In this document: one piece after another, positions 1 through 9,030 of the stretch
Position numbering within the stretch: the stretch's first letter is position 1
Layout of the letters: the number at the start of each line of letters is the position of its first letter
Source: an uncultured Acidobacteriota bacterium
Lineage (GTDB): Bacteria > Acidobacteriota > Vicinamibacteria > Fen-336
Length of the DNA stretch: 64,000 nucleotides
Assembly (NCBI GenBank): GCA_963720545.1
Contig: OY970399.1
Location: 960,001 to 1,024,000 of the forward strand
Direction: 5' to 3'
The notes under the pieces: model-generated
Database searches by the model: none
Told to the model about the DNA's origin: nothing
What the model saw: only the letters and a program-made list of their open reading frames with translations
Made by a program: the position numbers and the translations under genes

Positions 1-242
1 GCCACCGCGTCGTCCACCCGGCGCACCTGCAGCACCGCAAGGTCCGAAGCCTCGGCCAGGTTGCGCGAGACGCGCGCCGTGTTCTCGAGCAATGGGCGCA
101 GCTCGCGTTCATAGCGTTGCTGCATCTCGCCGACCTGGCGCGACAGCTTCACGCCGCCGCGCGCCAGGCCGATCAGGAAGCCAGCCTGCACCAGCGACGA
201 CAGCGCGATGATGCCGAGAAAGACGACCACCAGGTCGGACAT
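1..242 (-). CDS. DUF948/YoxC-like membrane-anchored coiled-coil protein (runs off window start)
   Basis: Read manually: ATG at 242 after GGAG. MSDLVVVFLGIIALSSLVQAGFLIGL TM helix followed by a helical region; lies downstream of the YtxH-like gene. Confidence 0.65.
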   Translation of the reverse strand, partial: MSDLVVVFLGIIALSSLVQAGFLIGLARGGVKLSRQVGEMQQRYERELRPLLENTARVSRNLAEASDLAVLQVRRVDDAV

Positions 243-249
243 GGCTCTC

Positions 250-567
250 CTAGAGCTTTTCCTTTTCTTCCTGGAAAGCCTGGCGGCCGGCTTCGATGGC
301 AGTCGCCAGGCGCTCCTTGCGCGTCGAGAGGTTCTCGCGCTGCCGCTCGAAATATTCGCCGGCGTCGTCCACCGCCTGGCGGCCGCGGCTGATGGCGCGC
401 TCCTTCAGCTCACGCCCACGGCTGGCGCCGTCCTGGAAACGTTCCGCGAGCTGGTCGCGCGTCTCCCGTCCCGAGCGCGGCGCATAAAGAAGAGCGAGCG
501 CGGCACCGGCGAGACCGCCGAGCAGGAATGAAAGCACGACACCCGAACCACTATCGTTATCTGACAT
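250..567 (-). CDS. YtxH domain-containing protein
   Basis: MSDNDSGSGVVLSFLLGGLAGAALALLYAPRSGRETR is the YtxH signature; GGAGG RBS before ATG 567. Confidence 0.85.
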   Translation of the reverse strand: MSDNDSGSGVVLSFLLGGLAGAALALLYAPRSGRETRDQLAERFQDGASRGRELKERAISRGRQAVDDAGEYFERQRENLSTRKERLATAIEAGRQAFQEEKEKL

Positions 568-679
568 GACTACCTCCGCCTTGCGCCGTAGCGTATGAGA
601 AATTGAAGACAACCGGCAATAAAGGTGCTTCGATAGCCCAGCATAGACCTGCCTCTGGCACCCGGCAAGGACGGCTCGT

Positions 680-1048
680 TCAAGCCGAAGCGGCGGCCTT
701 GCGGAGCAACTCGGGCAGCTCCTGGACGAAGGCGCTGCGCGCCAGCACCTTGTGAAAACCGGCGGCGCGGGCCGCCTTCGAGGCCTCGACGTGGACGTGG
801 CTGAAAAAGCCCACGAGCAGCGCCGCGCCCAGGCTCGCGCGCTGCTGCGCAACGGTGGCGGCGGCCGCGAGACGGGGTGAATCGAGATCGGCGAGCACCA
901 GAACAGGCTTGTTCGGGGCGGCTGCCGCCGCGGCAAAGGCCTGGGCGTCGCGGGTCACGACCACTTCGACCTCCGCATCTTTCGCTGCCTCACGGATCCG
1001 CGACGTGAACATCAGGTCTTCCGCGAAGACGAGGACCAGGGCGCTCAT
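680..1048 (-). CDS. Stand-alone, degenerate receiver (CheY-like) domain protein
   Basis: VLVFAEDLMFTSRI...VLVLADLD...GFFSHV...ARAAGFHKVLARSAF; ATGA overlap with the barstar gene. Confidence 0.7.
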   Translation of the reverse strand: MSALVLVFAEDLMFTSRIREAAKDAEVEVVVTRDAQAFAAAAAAPNKPVLVLADLDSPRLAAAATVAQQRASLGAALLVGFFSHVHVEASKAARAAGFHKVLARSAFVQELPELLRKAAASA

Positions 1049-1467
1049 GGATAGAGGAACACCTCAGCTTGAACGGGGTTGTCGGAGGAAGCCGCGGCTG
1101 CCGCCGCGCGATCGAGGGTCAGCACCGCATCGACGTACGCCTGCGGATCCGCGGCCATCAAGGTGCCGGCATCCCGCCAGACCAGAGCCACGCGGCCGTG
1201 CCCGCCACCGCCGATGTCGGCGACGCAGTCGAGGAGCCCGTCCCAGGTGGCACCGTAGTACTCGGGGAGGCGCAGAGCGCGGCCGGCCTCGGCGAGGAAC
1301 GACGCAGCGTCGCGACTCTTCGTACCATCGATCTCGTAGCGCTCGAAGCCGGCACCAGCCAGGACCTCGGCATCGGCGTCGATCGTGGCCGCATCGCGGA
1401 CGTGCACGAGGCTGCCGGCAAGGCCGCTCATCCGCTCCGCGAGATCCAGCCAGACGTGCATGCTCAC
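1045..1467 (-). CDS. Barstar family ribonuclease inhibitor
   Basis: ALRLPEYYGATWDGLLDCVADI barstar motif; GTG 1467 overlaps the RNase stop (GTGA); alternative ATG at 1461. Confidence 0.85.
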   Translation of the reverse strand: MSMHVWLDLAERMSGLAGSLVHVRDAATIDADAEVLAGAGFERYEIDGTKSRDAASFLAEAGRALRLPEYYGATWDGLLDCVADIGGGGHGRVALVWRDAGTLMAADPQAYVDAVLTLDRAAAAAASSDNPVQAEVFLYP

Positions 1468-2291
1468 CGGCCGCCGAGTTCGAGCCGCGCGAACGTGCGG
1501 TAGTGATCGCCGGTATAGAACACCTCGCCGTCGCGGCCGAAGACGAGCCGCTCGGCACCGCGGCCGCCGGCGGTTCTGGGCCAGACGTCCGTTTCCTGGT
1601 AGTAGCCGCGCGCGCGGCGCGGCAGCTGGCCCTCGAGGTTCAGGAACACTCCCTGCTCCGAGCCGCGACGGCCGCCTTGCGCCACTCCGGCGGGCGGGGC
1701 GCCGCTGCTGCGCATCGCCGCGACCACGAGCCGCACCTGGCGCGCGCGTTCCTCTCCAAGCTGCGCGTCGAGCGCGGACGGCCTGCCTGCCGCTGCCCGC
1801 GGAGCGCTCGTTGGGTGTGCGGTGGCGGTGGCAGGCGCTGCGTGCGGGACCGCCGCGCTGCTCCAGCTTTGCCACCGCACCACGCCGGCGAGCGCCATCG
1901 CCAGGAGAAGCAGCGACCCCGCGATCCGTGCCGCAGGAATGGACCGCTCCTCGACCAGCCATCGATAAGCGAGCAGCAGCGCCGCCGCGATCGCCGCCCC
2001 GGTGTGCGCCAGGATCAGGGGCGCTCCGGGGCCGCGGCCCATCGCGGTGCCAAGCACGCCAAAGAGCGTGGCGGCACCGCCCAGTGCCGCCGCCGCCACG
2101 AACGTGGCGCCGCGGCCGCGGTGACGACGGGCGAGGCCGAGGCCGATGAAACCCAGCACCACCACCACGGTGAGGACCATGTGCACGGCCACGGCCGCCG
2201 CCCGCAGGTCGGAGGCTCCCTGCCAGGCGAAGAGCAGGGCGCTCACGATCAGGAGCAGCAGGAACGCCCCGCCGAGATGCCGGTGGTTCAC
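1464..2291 (-). CDS. Multi-pass membrane protein with C-terminal barnase/RNase Sa-type guanyl-specific ribonuclease domain
   Basis: About 5 hydrophobic helices and an Ala/Pro linker, then FLNLEGQLP..GYYQETDV..RGAERLVFG..YTGDHYRTF. Confidence 0.85.
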   Translation of the reverse strand: MNHRHLGGAFLLLLIVSALLFAWQGASDLRAAAVAVHMVLTVVVVLGFIGLGLARRHRGRGATFVAAAALGGAATLFGVLGTAMGRGPGAPLILAHTGAAIAAALLLAYRWLVEERSIPAARIAGSLLLLAMALAGVVRWQSWSSAAVPHAAPATATAHPTSAPRAAAGRPSALDAQLGEERARQVRLVVAAMRSSGAPPAGVAQGGRRGSEQGVFLNLEGQLPRRARGYYQETDVWPRTAGGRGAERLVFGRDGEVFYTGDHYRTFARLELGGR

Positions 2292-2310
2292 CGACGTAGA
2301 CTACCTCGCC
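2292..2310. promoter_or_regulatory. Overlapping divergent -10 elements (leaderless-type)
   Basis: TAGACT (+, 2297-2302) is 8 nt before the xth ATG; TAGTCT (-, 2303-2298) is 6 nt before GTG 2291. Confidence 0.5.
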
Positions 2311-3081
2311 ATGCGGGTCGCGACGTGGAACGTCAACTCCATCAAGGCGCGCCAGGAGCGCCTGTTGTCATGGCTCGACCGCACCCAGCCGGACGTCTTG
2401 TGCCTGCAGGAGCTGAAGGCGGTGGAGGAGGCGTTCCCGGTCGAGGCCATCCGCAGCCGCGGATACCATGCCGCGGTTGCCGGGCAGAAGACGTGGAACG
2501 GCGTCGCCATCCTCGCCAGGAGCGAACCGCGGGACGTGCTTCGCGGCTTCGACGATGGCCACCCCGACCCGCAGTCGCGCTCGATCGCGGCGACCATCGG
2601 CGGCGTTCGCATCTATTCGCTCTACGCGCCGAACGGCCAGTCGATCGGCGCCGAGCAGCACCACTACAAGCTCGAATGGTTCACGCGCCTCGTCAGCCAT
2701 CTTGGCAGGCGTTTCTCCGCGGCCGACCGCCTGCTGCTGTGCGGCGACTTCAACGTCGCGCCATCGCCGCAGGACGTTGCGAACCCCGAGGCGTGGGCGC
2801 GCACCGTGCTCTTCGACCCGGCTTCGCGCGCGGCGCTCATGGACCTGCTCTATTTCGGCCTCACCGACGTGTTCGCAAGGCAGCACCCCGAGGGCGGGCA
2901 GTACACCTGGTGGGACTACCGCATGCTCGCCTTCGCCAAGAACAACGGCCTGCGCATCGACCACATCCTGGCGACGGCGCCGCTCGCGAGCCGCGTGCTG
3001 AGCGCCGCGATCGACCGCGACGAGCGCAAGGGCAAGGGGCCTTCCGACCACGCGCCGATGGTGGTGGTGTTCGAAGACTAG
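2311..3081 (+). CDS. xth: Exodeoxyribonuclease III
   Basis: MRVATWNVNSI, LQELK, GDFNVAP, YTWWDYR, GLRIDHIL, SDHAP motifs. Confidence 0.95.
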   Translation: MRVATWNVNSIKARQERLLSWLDRTQPDVLCLQELKAVEEAFPVEAIRSRGYHAAVAGQKTWNGVAILARSEPRDVLRGFDDGHPDPQSRSIAATIGGVRIYSLYAPNGQSIGAEQHHYKLEWFTRLVSHLGRRFSAADRLLLCGDFNVAPSPQDVANPEAWARTVLFDPASRAALMDLLYFGLTDVFARQHPEGGQYTWWDYRMLAFAKNNGLRIDHILATAPLASRVLSAAIDRDERKGKGPSDHAPMVVVFED

Positions 3082-3084
3082 CTG

Positions 3085-6000
3085 CTAGTACCCGCCGGGG
3101 CTGATCTGGAACTGCCAGAGCCAGCCACGTCCGGGACGGTTGAGCGGCCGGCTGTAGTCGAGCTCGAGCACCGCGGCGCCGAACAGGTTGAGGCGCGCGG
3201 CGGCACCGTAGCTCGCGACACCCTTGCGATCGCCGCCGAGGAACGTCGGCGTGTCGTTCTGCGCGCTGGTCCAGGCAACGCCGGCGTCGGCGAAGAGTGC
3301 CAGCTCCAGCGGCACGGGACCATAGCGCAGCTGGCCGGTGGCGGCGCCGAACGCCGGGAAGCGCAGCTCGAAGTTGCCGACCATCATGCGGCTGCCGAGC
3401 AGGCGATCGAACACCTCGCAGGTGCTGGTGGCGGTCGGGCGGCATTCGGTGTTGATGAAGGAGCCGCTCTCGTAGCCGCGCACGAGCGTCGGATAGCCGA
3501 GGAAGAGCGGGCTGATGCGGCGGTCTTCGCCGCCGCTGCCGTAGCGGCCGTAGTGCAGCAGGCGGAAGGCCAGCGTGTAGGGCCGCACCGGCATGAAGTA
3601 GCGGCGGAAATCCGCCAACGCCGTGGTGAAGTTCACGGTGCCTGCCGTCTGCGCCACCTCCAGGCGGTAGCGGCTGCCGACGATCGGGCTGGTCGCCGCG
3701 AACACCGAGGTGTCGTGGACGAAGGCGCCGCTCACCTCCGCGAGGTTGAGGGCCGAAGAACCCGGCAGCTTCTCGCTGTCGCGGCCGAGGAACTCGCCGG
3801 TGAGCGAGTCGTAGAAGTTGCGGCGCTGCTCGACGGACAAGCCCAGCCGGCGGACGGAGCCGCTGACTTCGAAGCGCTCGGCGCGGTTCAGCGGCCGCGC
3901 CGCGACGCCAAACACCGCTGTGCTCGTCTGCCGCTCGAGCACGGTTTCCTCCACCAGCACGTCGCGGCCGTCCACGATATCGCGGCGCACGTCGTAGAAG
4001 CCGTCGGTGATGTAGGGAATGCGCTCGACGCCGGCGAGCCAGTTGATGCGCCCGCGGTAGTTGCCGTAGGCGACGCGCGCGCCGACGTCGCTGAAGCTGC
4101 CGGCCTGCGCGAACAGGTCGATGCCGAGGTTGCGGTCCCCGAGCATGTCGCTGAAGTAGAGCGAGGTGCCGCCGGCCACCTGCGCGCCCCAGCGATCCAC
4201 TCCGGCCGCGATGGTCGTGCCCTGGCCGTAGTTGTCGAGCGACATTTGCGGCTTGTACTCCTCGGGCGTATCGGTGGTGGGCGCGGGCGCCGGATCGGTG
4301 CGGTCGGAGAAGACCTGCTGCTGCAGGCGCGTCGCCGGCGGCAGCTCGGCCGGGTCGAGCGTCAACTGCCGCGGCGCCGGCAGGACGTCGGGCGCGGGCT
4401 GCGCCGCAGCCGGGCTCGCCTCCGTGTGCAGCGGCGCTGGCACGCTGTCGTTCGCGGCTGCCGCCACCGCGACGGCGGCCTGGTCCGAGGGCAGCGAGAA
4501 AAGGCTGTACTTGCCGTCCTCGCGCCCGGAGAACATCACCCGGCCGCTCTGCCGCGCCACGCTCAGCGATGCGCTGAGCGAAGTGATGCCGCTGATGCCG
4601 GTCGAGACGTCGGTCATCTGCTCGATCGGCCCTTGCGGCACGGCGGCGCGGTACACGTTGGAGATGCCGTTCTGGTCGGAGACGAAGTAGAGCTTGCCGT
4701 CGGGCGACCACTGGGGGTTGATGTTCTTCGCCGCCTTGAAGCCGGGACCGGGCGAAAAGGCGCCCGACTCGACGTCGTACAGGCCGATGCGATAGCCGGC
4801 GTATTCGAGGTCGACGAGGTCGGTGGTAAAGCGGTCGGTGACGAAGGCGATGGTCTTGCCGTCCTGCGACCATGCGGGCTGCAGGTCGGCGTACTGGTCT
4901 TTAGTGATGCGCTTGTTGGTGCCGGTCTCGATGTCGATGATGTAGAGGTCGAGCGCGCCGCCCGAGATCCCCGAATAAACAAGGCGCTTGCCGTCCGGCG
5001 ACCACGCCGGGTCGAACACCTCGTCGACGCCCGTCTGTTTCAGCTCCTTCACGATCCTGCCGTTCTGCGGATCGAGGATGCTGATGAGCGCCTTGCCTTC
5101 CGAGATGGTGCCGAGCGCGAACTGGGCGCCGCTCGGGCTCCAGCTGCCCGCCGACTGGATGAACTGGAGGCTTTCGAAGTGCGGATCGGTGGCGGTCGAG
5201 GTGAGCTTGTGGCGAACCTTGCCGGTCTCGGCATCGGCGACGAACAGGTCGATCGAGAACAGGTCCTTCTCGGAGAGGAACACGACGCTCCTGCCGTCGG
5301 GGCTCAGCGCCGGCGCCACGTTCAGGTCGCCGCCCTGCTTGTCCGTGACCACCGCCCGGCTGGCCTGGCTCGGCACCTTCTTCTCGTCGAGCACCTGCTT
5401 GTATTGCGCGCGGAGCGTCGCGTGCCATTCCTTGCTCAGCTCGTCGTGGCTGATGCCGAGCACTTCCTTGATCGCCTTCTGCGGATCGCCCGAGCGCGCC
5501 GCGGTGCGCAGCATGCGGCCGACCGCCGCGTCGCCGTAGCGGCCGCCGATGTAGGCCCACAGCGCCTGGCCGAAGCGGTACGGGAAGTACTTCGGGTTGT
5601 CGAGCTGCTTGACGGTCGGCAGTTTCTCCTCGCGGATCGCGTCGCGAATCCACATCGCGGTGTGCGGATCGCGCGGGCCCACCGACAGGTACTCGGCCAT
5701 GCCCTCGACGAACCACAGGGGCAGGCGCAGCACCCCCGGCAACCCGCCCGTGGCCTGCGCGCCGAAGCTCGTGATGTCGTACTGGAACGCGTGCACCAGC
5801 TCGTGCGCGAGCACGTGGTCGGTCTCGGCCAGCGGCCCGGCCGACGGCATCACCACCCGGCGCTTCAGGGCCTCGGTGACGCCGCCCGTGCCCTCGCCGA
5901 GCGAGCCGCCAATGGCGTTCGTCTGCTGGAAATGCGGCTGGCTCGCATACAGGATGATCGGCTGGCGGTTCTTGAAGCGGTGGTCGAGGACTTTGGAGAG

Positions 6001-6225
6001 GTGCTGGTAGGCGCGCTCGGCCATGCGGCCGGCGGCCTCGATCGTCTCTTCCTCCTCGGGGTAGTAATAGATGTCGAAATGCAGGGTGCGCAGCATCCTG
6101 AAGTCGAACGTCCGGTACTGGACTTTGTTGCCGCCGAAATACTGGGCGCTCGCCGGCGCCGGCAGCGACAGCCCCGCGGCGCAAACAGCCGCGAGCAAAG
6201 ACCAACGAATCGCTTTCCGCTTCAC
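3085..6225 (-). CDS. Omp85/BamA-TamA family protein with N-terminal zincin-like (HELVH) and PD40/TolB-like beta-propeller domains
   Basis: Signal peptide (ASAQ); HELVH..EGMAEY; PxWSPDG repeats; C-terminal barrel with VRGY motif and terminal aromatic strand; GGAGG RBS before GTG 6225. Confidence 0.85.
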   Translation of the reverse strand: MKRKAIRWSLLAAVCAAGLSLPAPASAQYFGGNKVQYRTFDFRMLRTLHFDIYYYPEEEETIEAAGRMAERAYQHLSKVLDHRFKNRQPIILYASQPHFQQTNAIGGSLGEGTGGVTEALKRRVVMPSAGPLAETDHVLAHELVHAFQYDITSFGAQATGGLPGVLRLPLWFVEGMAEYLSVGPRDPHTAMWIRDAIREEKLPTVKQLDNPKYFPYRFGQALWAYIGGRYGDAAVGRMLRTAARSGDPQKAIKEVLGISHDELSKEWHATLRAQYKQVLDEKKVPSQASRAVVTDKQGGDLNVAPALSPDGRSVVFLSEKDLFSIDLFVADAETGKVRHKLTSTATDPHFESLQFIQSAGSWSPSGAQFALGTISEGKALISILDPQNGRIVKELKQTGVDEVFDPAWSPDGKRLVYSGISGGALDLYIIDIETGTNKRITKDQYADLQPAWSQDGKTIAFVTDRFTTDLVDLEYAGYRIGLYDVESGAFSPGPGFKAAKNINPQWSPDGKLYFVSDQNGISNVYRAAVPQGPIEQMTDVSTGISGITSLSASLSVARQSGRVMFSGREDGKYSLFSLPSDQAAVAVAAAANDSVPAPLHTEASPAAAQPAPDVLPAPRQLTLDPAELPPATRLQQQVFSDRTDPAPAPTTDTPEEYKPQMSLDNYGQGTTIAAGVDRWGAQVAGGTSLYFSDMLGDRNLGIDLFAQAGSFSDVGARVAYGNYRGRINWLAGVERIPYITDGFYDVRRDIVDGRDVLVEETVLERQTSTAVFGVAARPLNRAERFEVSGSVRRLGLSVEQRRNFYDSLTGEFLGRDSEKLPGSSALNLAEVSGAFVHDTSVFAATSPIVGSRYRLEVAQTAGTVNFTTALADFRRYFMPVRPYTLAFRLLHYGRYGSGGEDRRISPLFLGYPTLVRGYESGSFINTECRPTATSTCEVFDRLLGSRMMVGNFELRFPAFGAATGQLRYGPVPLELALFADAGVAWTSAQNDTPTFLGGDRKGVASYGAAARLNLFGAAVLELDYSRPLNRPGRGWLWQFQISPGGY

Positions 6226-6361
6226 CTTCGCCTCCACCAAACCCGCTCCGCCTGCTCCAGTATCGACAATCGCATACGCGGGCCCGAAATGCCATAAGCC
6301 GTTGCAAGGGATGTTGCAAAGCGGCTACTCTGCGGCGGCGGAAGCGGAGGAAACGAAAGAG

Positions 6362-7417
6362 ATGCGAAACCAGCGGCCGTACCCCGTCATCGCGATCGTC
6401 GTGGCGCTGGGCCTCGCCGCCTGCTCGGGCGGTGGCGGCTCGAAGACCGGCGAACGCAAGATCCGGATCGGCTTCTCGATGGACACCCTGAAAGAGGAGC
6501 GCTGGCAGCACGACCGCGACTTCGTGGTGGAGCGCGCGCGGCAGCTGGGCGCCGAGGTGCTGGTGCAGGCGGCGAACGGCGACGACGCCCTGCAGAATTC
6601 GCAGGCCGAGAACCTGCTGACCCAGGGCATCGACGTGCTGCTGGTGGCGCCACACAACGCGCGCACCGCGGCCACCATCGTCGAATCGGCGCACCGCTCG
6701 AACGTGCCGGTCATCTCCTACGACCGCCTGATCCGCGACGCCGACCTCGACCTGTACGTCTCGGTGGACCCGTACCGCGTCGGCCAGCTGCAGGCCGAGT
6801 ACGCCCTCAAGCACGTGCCCAAGGGCAACTACGTGCTGATCGGCGGCGCGCCCACCGACAACAACGCCCAGCTGGTGCGCGACGGCCAGATGAACGTGCT
6901 GAAGCCGGCGATCGACCGCGGCGACATCAAGATCGTCTCCGACCAGTGGGCGAAGGACTGGCTCGCGGTCGAGGCGCTCAAGATCATGGAGAACGCGCTC
7001 ACCCGCAACAACAACAAGGTGGATGCCGTGATCGCCTCGAACGACGGCACCGCCGGCGGCGCCATCCAGGCGATCGGAGAGCAGAAGCTGAGCGGCAAGA
7101 TCCTGGTGACCGGGCAGGACGCCGAGCTGTCGGCATGCCAGCGCATCGCCTCGGGCACGCAGACGATGACGGTCTACAAGCCGATCAAGAACCTCGGCTA
7201 CAAGGCCGCCGAGCTGGCGGTGAGCCTCGCCAAGAAGCAGGCGCTGACCGACCCGACCCGTGGCGTCAACAACGGCAAGCGCGACGTGCCGAGCGTGCTG
7301 CTCGAACCGATCGCCGTGGACAAGGCGAACCTCGCGAGCACTGTGCTGGCCGACGGCTACCAGAAGCTCGACGCCGTCTACAAGGACGTGCCGAAGGACC
7401 AGTGGCCCAAACAGTAG
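6362..7417 (+). CDS. xylF: D-xylose-type sugar ABC transporter substrate-binding lipoprotein
   Basis: Lipobox LAAC; DTLKEERWQHDRD, YDRLI, PTDNNA, NDGTAGG, TGQDA, TVYKP. Confidence 0.85.
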   Translation: MRNQRPYPVIAIVVALGLAACSGGGGSKTGERKIRIGFSMDTLKEERWQHDRDFVVERARQLGAEVLVQAANGDDALQNSQAENLLTQGIDVLLVAPHNARTAATIVESAHRSNVPVISYDRLIRDADLDLYVSVDPYRVGQLQAEYALKHVPKGNYVLIGGAPTDNNAQLVRDGQMNVLKPAIDRGDIKIVSDQWAKDWLAVEALKIMENALTRNNNKVDAVIASNDGTAGGAIQAIGEQKLSGKILVTGQDAELSACQRIASGTQTMTVYKPIKNLGYKAAELAVSLAKKQALTDPTRGVNNGKRDVPSVLLEPIAVDKANLASTVLADGYQKLDAVYKDVPKDQWPKQ

Positions 7418-7494
7418 CGCGCTAGGGCCGTCGCGCCTGCACGCGCCGCCGGCTCCTTGACCCGCAGCGAGCGAGCGGCCAGTATTGCCCCCGG

Positions 7495-9030
7495 ATGGAC
7501 GTGCTGCTGCAGCTCGTGGACATCACCAAGGACTTTCCCGGGGTGCGGGCACTGGATGGCGTGTCCTTCGACCTGCGCGCCGGCGAGATCCATTCGCTGT
7601 GCGGCGAGAACGGCGCCGGCAAGAGCACCTTGATGAAGGTGTTGAGCGGCGTCTACCCGCACGGCAGCTACGGCGGCGAGATTCGCCTCGGCGGCGAGGT
7701 GCTGCGCCTGCGTAACCTCAAGGACTCCGAAGCGCACGGTATCGCTCTGATCGCGCAGGAGCTGGCGCTGGTGCCGGAGCTGTCGATCGCGGAGAACCTG
7801 GTGCTCGGCCGCGAACCGCGGCGCGCGGGCTTCATCGACTGGGCGAAGGTGCGCAGCGAAGCCGCGCGGTCGCTGGCGCTGGTCGGCCTCGAGGTGGACA
7901 GCGCGCGCCCGGTGAAGGATCTCGGCATCGGCCAGCAGCAGATGGTGGAGATCGCGAAGGCGCTGGCGAAGGACGCCCGCATCCTCATCCTCGATGAGCC
8001 GACCGCGGCGCTCACCGAAGGCGACGCGCAGAAGCTTCTCGAGTTCCTGCGCGGTCTGCGCGCGCGCGGCGTCGCCTCCATCTACATCAGCCACCGCCTC
8101 GAGGAAGTGTTCGCCGTTTCCGACCGCATCACGGTGCTGCGCGACGGGCGCTCGGTCGCAACTCTCGACGGCGCCGCGGCGACCCGCGAGAAGGTCATCG
8201 CCTTGATGGTGGGCCGCGAGGTGAAAGACCTGTATCCGCGGCTTCCCGAAAGCGCGGGTGAAGTGCTGCTCGCGGTGCGCGACTGGTCGCTCGAGGATCC
8301 CCTGCGGCCCGCCCGCTTCGTGGTCGCAAACGCCGCCTTCGAGGTGCGCGCAGGCGAGATTCTCGGCATTGGCGGCCTGATGGGCGCCGGGCGCACGGCG
8401 CTCGTCAGCTCGCTGTTCGGCGCTGCGCGCAGCCGACTCACCGGCAGGCTGCGGCTCGGCGGCCAGCAGGAACGGGGCCCGTTCCGCTCCCCCGCCGAGG
8501 CCATCGCGGCCGGCGTCGCCCTCGTCAGCGAGGACCGCAAGCGCTACGGGCTGGTGCTGCCGGCCTCGATCCGCGACAACATGACGCTCGCCTCGCTGCG
8601 GCGCTTCGTCCACGGCCTGTTCCTGAGCCATAGCGAACGCGATGTGCGCAGCGAAGAGCAGTTCCGCAGCCTGCGAGTTCGGGCGCCGGGGCTCGCGAGC
8701 CTCGTCAACACCCTTTCCGGCGGCAACCAGCAGAAGGTGGTGCTCGGCAAGTGGCTGATCGCAGCACCGCGGGTCTTGCTGCTCGACGAGCCGACGCGCG
8801 GCATCGACGTCGGCGCCAAGGCCGAAATCTACGAACTCGTCAACCGGCTGGCAGCGGCCGGCCTGGGGGTGGTGATGGTGTCCTCGGACCTGCCCGAGCT
8901 CCTCGGCCTCTCGCACCGGGTGATCGTCATGAACAAGGGCGAGATTGCCGCGGAGCTGCACGGCGCTTCCGCAACCGCGGCGGCCGTCATGAGCGCCGCC
9001 ACGGCGCAAAGCGCCAAGAGGATCGCATGA
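7495..9030 (+). CDS. xylG: Sugar ABC transporter ATP-binding protein (tandem ABC domains)
   Basis: GENGAGKST, LDEPT twice, LSGGNQQK. Confidence 0.85.
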   Translation: MDVLLQLVDITKDFPGVRALDGVSFDLRAGEIHSLCGENGAGKSTLMKVLSGVYPHGSYGGEIRLGGEVLRLRNLKDSEAHGIALIAQELALVPELSIAENLVLGREPRRAGFIDWAKVRSEAARSLALVGLEVDSARPVKDLGIGQQQMVEIAKALAKDARILILDEPTAALTEGDAQKLLEFLRGLRARGVASIYISHRLEEVFAVSDRITVLRDGRSVATLDGAAATREKVIALMVGREVKDLYPRLPESAGEVLLAVRDWSLEDPLRPARFVVANAAFEVRAGEILGIGGLMGAGRTALVSSLFGAARSRLTGRLRLGGQQERGPFRSPAEAIAAGVALVSEDRKRYGLVLPASIRDNMTLASLRRFVHGLFLSHSERDVRSEEQFRSLRVRAPGLASLVNTLSGGNQQKVVLGKWLIAAPRVLLLDEPTRGIDVGAKAEIYELVNRLAAAGLGVVMVSSDLPELLGLSHRVIVMNKGEIAAELHGASATAAAVMSAATAQSAKRIA

